From Macrostomum lignano (Eukaryota), in NCBI GenBank assembly GCA_002269645.1, contig NIVC01002925.1, positions 62,001 through 126,000 of the forward strand: DNA of 64,000 bases, given 5' to 3'. The position numbers were made by a program, and so were the translations under genes. A model generated the notes under the pieces. That model saw nothing but the letters and a program-made list of their open reading frames with translations, was not told the DNA's origin and did not search any database. Position 1 is the first letter of the stretch. The number at the start of each line of letters is the position of its first letter. Positions 57,751 through 64,000 of this stretch are shown here, piece by piece.

Positions 57751-60081
57751 CTGGTGCAAACAGCGCTGAGTTTCGGACTGGTGGTTTAGATGTGACAAGC
57801 GCACCTGTGGCATCCCTCAGAATGGTGGCCGAAGCGCAAAGAGTGCCATGTCTAAATCTACCAATCGTAAAAATCGCCAATCGTCATTCTCTTCTCCCAT
57901 GGCGTGAGGCAACAAAATCCAAAAATATTAATGTAACTTTTCAAATTTTTCGGGCTGCGAATTCGTTCAATTCATTCGAAATTTCCAAATTCATTCATTC
58001 GCCAAAAGCCCCTGATTCAATTTAAAATTAATTTAGCCGATCAGTTTCAGCGCTAGAAAGTGTGAAGTGGTAGACGAGCGGATTTGATTACAATCAGAAT
58101 AGCTACCTGGTAACGTAGTGTGTGAAGAACTGCGAAAGTGAATTTTCCGGACTCACTTTCTATTTCATGGTAATATGCTTTATTTCCCCTCCCTTTCTTT
58201 CTCTCGCCTAGCCTACAGCAGAACTGTGTGAGTGTTGAGGTGGACAGCCAGCCAGGTACGGAAGCCTCATCACGCAAGCACAGGGAAGCTGGAAGCGAAG
58301 CATTTCTTTCCTTTGTCCTACCTCTTTCTTTTACTCGGGGGAGTGTAACAGTCGCTCTCCCTGATCGCTCAGTTAATCCTAGAAATGCGTAGAGACCGGA
58401 GCGTGTTTTGTTTGTCCATTAGAATGAACAGCTATCAAGGGCTATGGGGAACTCGCTATATATGCATAGTAAGGGAAGCAGTAGTCATGGCCTTGGAAAC
58501 ATTGGGGGATACCAAAGTCTCGCAGGAATGGGAATAGCGGTGTGATTGTATCTCTGTAGGGTATCAGTGTGACTCAAAAATCTCGGGCTAAAAAAAGTGT
58601 CACCTCCTATGGAATACCTGCGATCAGCCCGGACCTGAATTCTGCGGTAACCCCTGGTGCCTTCATGGCTGGGATTCGATCCCAACGTGTCTGCTGACTC
58701 TCCCCACTGTATTGCAGACCCGGTAGTAACTGCTTTGGTTGCATTTGGGCTGGTGCAGTGGCTGGAAATAGTAGATCCCATAGTATCCTATTGATAGTGG
58801 AGTTCAGTGAGTATTGGAATGGTGTACTGGAAGTCTGGTGGCCCCAGTGATCTCGTAATGTTTCCTGCTGCATTCTCCTCCTTTAGTAATTCCTCCCCCC
58901 TGCTGTCAGTCTGATAGGGGAGGTGGGTGTGCCAATCAGCCCGACCCGGTAGAACGGCGCTCCTGCCCGACTTGTCAGCCTGGCCCAGGAAGGCGCTATT
59001 GCGCAACTCTTTTCCCCTCTGGCCACTGCAGCCCACTAAGCGCTTAGACGCAGGGTTGCATGCAGTCCCCTAATGTAAAGCCCCGGTACATAGAGTGCCA
59101 CCCCAGTGCCCCGCAAGGTCAATAAGACGGGTTGACGTCTCTGGCAACTTGGAATAACCTAGATGGAGGTACCGCTGTCTCCTGGTAGAACCGGGCGTTC
59201 AAGTACAGTAAAGTGGAGAGGCTGACAACTGTAGGACTTTCTCCGCCATCAGATAAAGGTCCCAAGTATGCTATTTCGAGCTGCAGCAAAGGTGGAGTAT
59301 CGGAGGGGCAAGCATTTCAGGAAGATACTCACTTAGGTCTGTTTATCCTAGGAAAGCGGGCGAGAGTTTCAGGCTTGTAATCCGCCTAACCTGAAAACTT
59401 CGGGGACAGTTTAGTCTGGACTCCCGCTGCGCGCCTTCGCTCTGAACAGAAGGGGGAGGTCTTGGTTTTTGTGGATTCTGCTAGACGTAGGGGAGCTGGA
59501 TTCCCGCCTTTTGTGAAGCTGCGTGTACAAGATTGGTAGTCCTGAGGTGGAAGCCCCACTGGACTCCGACGGTTTTCCGGCTGTGCAAGGGCAGTAAAGT
59601 GGGAGGACCTCCATGGGGATTGCTCCCGCCACTTGGGTTTTTGGGTCCAGGCGCCAACGCTTCTTCGTAGTAGCTTTCTTAAGGAAATGGGGTCCGGCGC
59701 GCAACCCTAGGGGAGAATTTGTACAGGTGCCGTAAGTCCGTTTACGGTCGGCATTTGGGTTCCCTAGCATGGCCGCAAAATGAAGGTCAAGTCTCTCTGA
59801 ATAGCCAATTTTTCCCTGTCAGGATGTGCCATAGACAACTGGTAGTGGTAGCCGCAGTTTGAGTCAGTGTGCTTTGCCGAGTGAAGCCGTTAGGACTGCC
59901 TAAATGGAATTATGTGGAGCCACCCGTTTTTCAATTTGTTTTCTTCGACGCCGCAAGTGTGTGAGTTTTGTCTGTGTTTGTGTGTTTCGGATCAACTTTT
60001 CGGTCTTTACCTGTAGTTGCCCCGGTTTTCTTTTCTTTTCCTTCCCGGTAGTGGGTACTCCCCCAGCTATCCGGCTTTCAC

Positions 60082-63000
60082 ATGTCACGGGCGCGTGGAG
60101 ATAGGGTCGTAGAAGCTGTGTGCGCAGACGCCCCTGGTCAACCACCCTCGGCCGCTGACACCCCAGCAGTTGCCGCCCCCGCAGCCGCAATGGCCGCAGC
60201 CGCTGGTAATCAGGCCAACCAGCCTCCAGATGCAGTAGTTACTGATGAGCCTGACATAGGAGCTGCCGCTCCTAACCCAGAATCAGGGGGGCATGTCGCC
60301 GTTGCGGCTCCTCCCGTTTGTCAACCTTCTTCAGTCATCGTCCTAGAACCGAAGGTACGCCCCCAGTTTCATCTCGACCCATTCAATGAGTCACGGGACA
60401 ACATCTTCCTGTGGGTGGGGCGGCTCGAATTCAAGTTCAAAGTGGAGGACATCAGCACCGATGCCGATAGAATCCTCACCCTAATCAGCCACCTACAAGG
60501 CGAACAGCAAGATATCGTCGTCGGCCAGGCGAGGCGGCTTGGCACCTATTCTCAGCTGCGTGACATGCTGGTGGAACGTTGCGTAAGTGTGTGGAGCCCC
60601 ATGGCCCGACACTGCTTCAACCAGACGCTGGAGCAGGAGCCCGAGGAGAGTGACTTCCGCTTCGCGACCCGCCTGCTCCGCACCCTCCAGTGGACCATGC
60701 GTGGCCGGCCGCCGGACGAGATTGATCTGGAAGCGCAACTTGCCTATATGTCCAAGGCCCGGATGCCGCGAGATGTGCGAATTCAGCTCCTGGCGCAACG
60801 ACAGTTCCCCGATGTGACCGCTCTCGTGACTCGTCACCAGGAGCTGAGCGAAGCCGTACAGTTGGCGGAGGCCTTCGACACCGACTCGCCGGCCCAGCCA
60901 GAAGAAACCGAACCCGACCAGCCAACACCGTCTCTACCTTCGCCACCGCCGCCGTCTCCTCCGAAGGCTTGGTGGGTGGCGACGGGAGGCGATATGGAAC
61001 TAACACCGTGGTCGGAGACTACCGTCAGAGTGCGAGGGCGACCTTGGGAAGGCGACTGTCTGGTGGAGGGAGTCGACATGGAAGCCTTCCCGGAGATCGC
61101 GGTCAGTCGCTCGTTGGACCAAGCCGTAGACGGGTGGGTCCGAGTTCGCCTCATCAACTGGTCCGAAGAACCGGTACAGCTGCCCGCTGGCACGGTAGTA
61201 GCGCAGGCGAGCGCCTTAAAGGAAGTGGCCCTGGTCAACCGGATTACGCCAATGGGCAACACCGGGCCCGGCCCCACAGCCACTCCAAAGGATTCAACAG
61301 CTGCCAGGAAGCCGCCGGACTGGATGAAAGACCTGGAGATGGGCAGTCAACTCTCTCCCCAGGAGCGGCAACGGCTATTACGCCTACTCAACGACAACAC
61401 CGATGTCTTCGCCGAGGAGGAGAACGACCTGCGGGTCACCGACGTCGTCACACACGAAATCAAGTTGACGGACTCGAGGCCCGTCAAGATGCATCCAAGA
61501 CGCCTCCCTCAGGCCTACCAGGAAGAAGTGCGGCACCAGGTGCAGGGCTGGCTGGAGACCGGCAAGGTAAAGGTCTCCAAGAGTCCTTACTCCTCCGCGT
61601 TGGTCTTGGTCCCCAAAAGCGATGGATCGTTACGAGTGTGCATCGATTTCCGGGAGGTCAACGAGCGCAGCGTGGCCGAGGTAACCCCTCTGCCTCGAAT
61701 CGATGAGCTGCTGGCTTCGCTGGGCGGGTCGGCGTACTTCACGTCCCTCGATCTGCGGAGCGGTTACCACCAAGTGCCCATCCAGCCGGAATGCCGCCCC
61801 TACACTGCATTCGCTGTGCCCAATATGGGGCTGTTTGAATGGAACGTAATGCCGTTCGGACTGAAGGGCGCCCCAAGTACCTTCTCTCGGCTGATGAACC
61901 TGGTGTTGGCCGAGCTCCAACCCGCAATCGCAATGGCCTACATTGACGATGTCATCGTGCATTCTCGCGATTTTAGCACCCACCTGAATCACCTGCAACT
62001 TGTCTTTAACAAATTAAGAACAGCAAACCTGCGGCTGAAGCCGTCCAAGTGTGCTTTCGCCAAATCCGAGGTCACCTTTCTAGGATATGTGGTCTCGAGA
62101 GAGGGCGTCGCACCCTGCCCGCACAAGACGTGTGCCATTGACACCTGGCCGCGGCCCCAGAGCGTCACGGAGGTCCGCCAATTCTTGGGGAAGGCCGGAT
62201 ATTATCGGCAGTTTATTCCCGACTACAGTGAGGTGGCCGCACCACTGCACGCCCTGACTAAGAAAGGGACGAAGGACATCCCGGGTCGCTGGGGGCCCGA
62301 GCAGGAACAAGCATTCGAGAAGTTAAAGCGCGCCTTGGTTACCGCCCCGGTGCTGCACCACCCAGATTTCGGGCCTCAGGCGGGCATCTTCGTGCTCGAC
62401 TGCGACGCGAGCTTGAATGCCCTGGGTGCAGTCCTCAGCCAGAGGCAAGCGGACGGAAGTGAGCGGGTCATCGCCTACGGGAGCCGAAGTCTGGTGTCTA
62501 GTGAGCGTAACCACTGTGTCACCAAACTGGAGATGCTCAGCCTAGTGTTCTTTACGCGACAATTCCGGTATTACCTGCTAGGTCGCCGCTTCATCGTCCG
62601 CACTGACCACCGCTCTCTGACGTGGCTAAGAAATTTCAAGGAGCCGACCGGATTGATCGCTCGCTGGTTTACTCACCTCGCTGAGTACGATTTCGAAGTG
62701 GAATACCGCCCTGGGCGGCTACACACCAACGCCGACGCGCTCAGTCGCCGGCCTGCACACCAGCATGGGGACTGTCCCATCTGCCGACCGCCAGAGGACG
62801 CCCGACCACCAGGGGAGCTGGACGAGGACTTGCGAACTTTCCGAGTGGAGACAAAGAGGCGTCTGCTGGAACAGCGGGACCTCCTCAGCAAGGCGGAGCT
62901 CATGGAAGCGCAAAGGAAGGACCCTGCCTTGGCCTGGATCATGCGACGACTAGGAGAAGGTGCAGAGAAAGCCCCGCCAGCTGGGACGGAATTGTGCCCA

Positions 63001-64000
63001 CCCTTGGTGCGCCGGGTGGCCCCTTTTTGGGGCTTGCTCAGTGTGGACGAGGGCGTACTAAGGATTGATGTGGAGGGGGTCGCGGCCAAGAAGAAAATCG
63101 TGTTGCCCGAAAGCTTGGACCAGAAGGTGTTCCGGTTGCTGCACGACGATCCTCTGGCCGGGCACTTTGGGCGAAGGAAAGTGGACGAGCGCTTTCGCCA
63201 ACGGTTCTGGCGCCCCGGCCTGCACCGACGGATCGCCGAGATGTGTGCGGCCTGCGAGTGCTGTTTGCGGTCCAAGCCGCACAAGCGGGCCAAAGCTTCG
63301 CCGCAATCTCTTGAACTTAGCGAGAAGTTCTCTCGCATTCACTTGGATTTTGTGGGGCCCCTGGGTCGAGGCCAGAAGTCAAGGAAGGGGAACACCAGTA
63401 TCCTCACGGTGACGGACAGCTACACCGGCTGGGTCGAAGCTTACCCTACCCGGGACCAGACATCGAAGACCGTCATCCGTCTGCTGGTGCAGGAATACAT
63501 ACCGAGGTTCGGAGTACCTGACTGGATACACACGGATCAGGGACAGCACTTTGAGTCCCGGGACTTCCAGCGCTTTTGTGACTCTCTGGGTATCCGCAAA
63601 ACCCGCACGACGCCATACCATCCTCAATGCAATGGGAAGGCCGAAGTCCAGCACCGCACGATCCGGGCCCTGTTGACGGCGCAGCTGGAACAGGACCACG
63701 ACTTGTGGGATGAGAAGCTGCCGGCATGCCTCCTGGCGATGCGTTCCAGCCTGAACCGCATGACGGGGTATTCCGCGTTCAGCTTAACGTACGGGCAAGA
63801 GGCTCGACTGCCCTTGGACGTCGCTCTCGAGCCAGCTGAGGCCGCTCCCGGGCATGCTGCCTACGCGGCCCGTCTGGCGGCGTATCTCGATCAGGCGCGC
63901 GCAGATATCGAGGAAAAGTTCGAGACCCGAGTTCAACACCAAGCGCGCCGACCGCAGAAGTGCCGCAGCCTGGACATCGGTGACATTGTGTTCTTGGCCA
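60082..64000 (+). CDS. Single gag-pol polyprotein (capsid-like, dUTPase-like, RT, RNase H, integrase), over 1306 aa, open to the window end
   Basis: Absent from the ORF track because there is no stop in the window. ATG 60082 follows an in-frame TAG at 60049. Hand translation is stop-free: RT (SPYSSALVLVPKSDGSLRVCIDF, LDLRSGYHQ, MPFGL, YIDD at 61939-61950), RH (DCDAS, TDH, NADALSR), IN (H..H..C..C from 63142, HLDFVGP, HTDQG, NGKAE). Confidence 0.95.
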   Translation, partial: MSRARGDRVVEAVCADAPGQPPSAADTPAVAAPAAAMAAAAGNQANQPPDAVVTDEPDIGAAAPNPESGGHVAVAAPPVCQPSSVIVLEPKVRPQFHLDPFNESRDNIFLWVGRLEFKFKVEDISTDADRILTLISHLQGEQQDIVVGQARRLGTYSQLRDMLVERCVSVWSPMARHCFNQTLEQEPEESDFRFATRLLRTLQWTMRGRPPDEIDLEAQLAYMSKARMPRDVRIQLLAQRQFPDVTALVTRHQELSEAVQLAEAFDTDSPAQPEETEPDQPTPSLPSPPPPSPPKAWWVATGGDMELTPWSETTVRVRGRPWEGDCLVEGVDMEAFPEIAVSRSLDQAVDGWVRVRLINWSEEPVQLPAGTVVAQASALKEVALVNRITPMGNTGPGPTATPKDSTAARKPPDWMKDLEMGSQLSPQERQRLLRLLNDNTDVFAEEENDLRVTDVVTHEIKLTDSRPVKMHPRRLPQAYQEEVRHQVQGWLETGKVKVSKSPYSSALVLVPKSDGSLRVCIDFREVNERSVAEVTPLPRIDELLASLGGSAYFTSLDLRSGYHQVPIQPECRPYTAFAVPNMGLFEWNVMPFGLKGAPSTFSRLMNLVLAELQPAIAMAYIDDVIVHSRDFSTHLNHLQLVFNKLRTANLRLKPSKCAFAKSEVTFLGYVVSREGVAPCPHKTCAIDTWPRPQSVTEVRQFLGKAGYYRQFIPDYSEVAAPLHALTKKGTKDIPGRWGPEQEQAFEKLKRALVTAPVLHHPDFGPQAGIFVLDCDASLNALGAVLSQRQADGSERVIAYGSRSLVSSERNHCVTKLEMLSLVFFTRQFRYYLLGRRFIVRTDHRSLTWLRNFKEPTGLIARWFTHLAEYDFEVEYRPGRLHTNADALSRRPAHQHGDCPICRPPEDARPPGELDEDLRTFRVETKRRLLEQRDLLSKAELMEAQRKDPALAWIMRRLGEGAEKAPPAGTELCPPLVRRVAPFWGLLSVDEGVLRIDVEGVAAKKKIVLPESLDQKVFRLLHDDPLAGHFGRRKVDERFRQRFWRPGLHRRIAEMCAACECCLRSKPHKRAKASPQSLELSEKFSRIHLDFVGPLGRGQKSRKGNTSILTVTDSYTGWVEAYPTRDQTSKTVIRLLVQEYIPRFGVPDWIHTDQGQHFESRDFQRFCDSLGIRKTRTTPYHPQCNGKAEVQHRTIRALLTAQLEQDHDLWDEKLPACLLAMRSSLNRMTGYSAFSLTYGQEARLPLDVALEPAEAAPGHAAYAARLAAYLDQARADIEEKFETRVQHQARRPQKCRSLDIGDIVFLA

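Larger units (their letters stand above)
55517..64000 (+). mobile_element. Ty3/gypsy LTR retrotransposon, 5' part (runs off the window)
   Basis: 5' LTR, tRNA-Leu PBS, long leader, then one ORF with domain order RT-RH-IN. Confidence 0.95.

Noticed and set aside
59130-59200. GDSG serine-protease-like motif on the antisense strand of the gypsy leader
   Set aside because: It sits in a roughly 30-codon stretch bounded by stops, with no His/Asp triad context; likely chance.

Overview
Intron-rich animal genomic DNA with GC-rich exons and many short-period minisatellites. The architecture resembles a free-living flatworm such as Macrostomum, but that is inference only. Most long ORFs in the supplied track are minisatellite artefacts. 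Hand-splicing with GT-AG sites and phase checks gives four protein-coding genes: (1) a 12-exon Janus-kinase-like gene (FERM-like, degenerate SH2 region, pseudokinase, tyrosine kinase; about 1119 aa; minus strand, 5797-18045); (2) CDV3, head-to-head with it (18423-21901); (3) a secreted, possibly GPI-anchored SOL-1-like protein with five CUB domains (31623-46055, one frame break); (4) calcineurin B (minus strand, 51035-52276). The window also holds three tRNA-Gly(GCC) copies, six TIR-bounded DNA elements (five with exact or near-exact TSDs), a Tc1 remnant, a 5'-truncated RNase H-type LINE, about 30 distinct minisatellites, and the 5' 8.5 kb of a Ty3/gypsy element. That element has a 2.2-kb LTR, a tRNA-Leu PBS, a 2.3-kb leader and one uninterrupted gag-RT-RH-IN ORF with no recognisable protease or zinc knuckle. 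The most interesting observations are the protease-less gypsy element with a possibly spliced leader, the divergent JAK, and intron-specific minisatellites built from splice-signal-like units.
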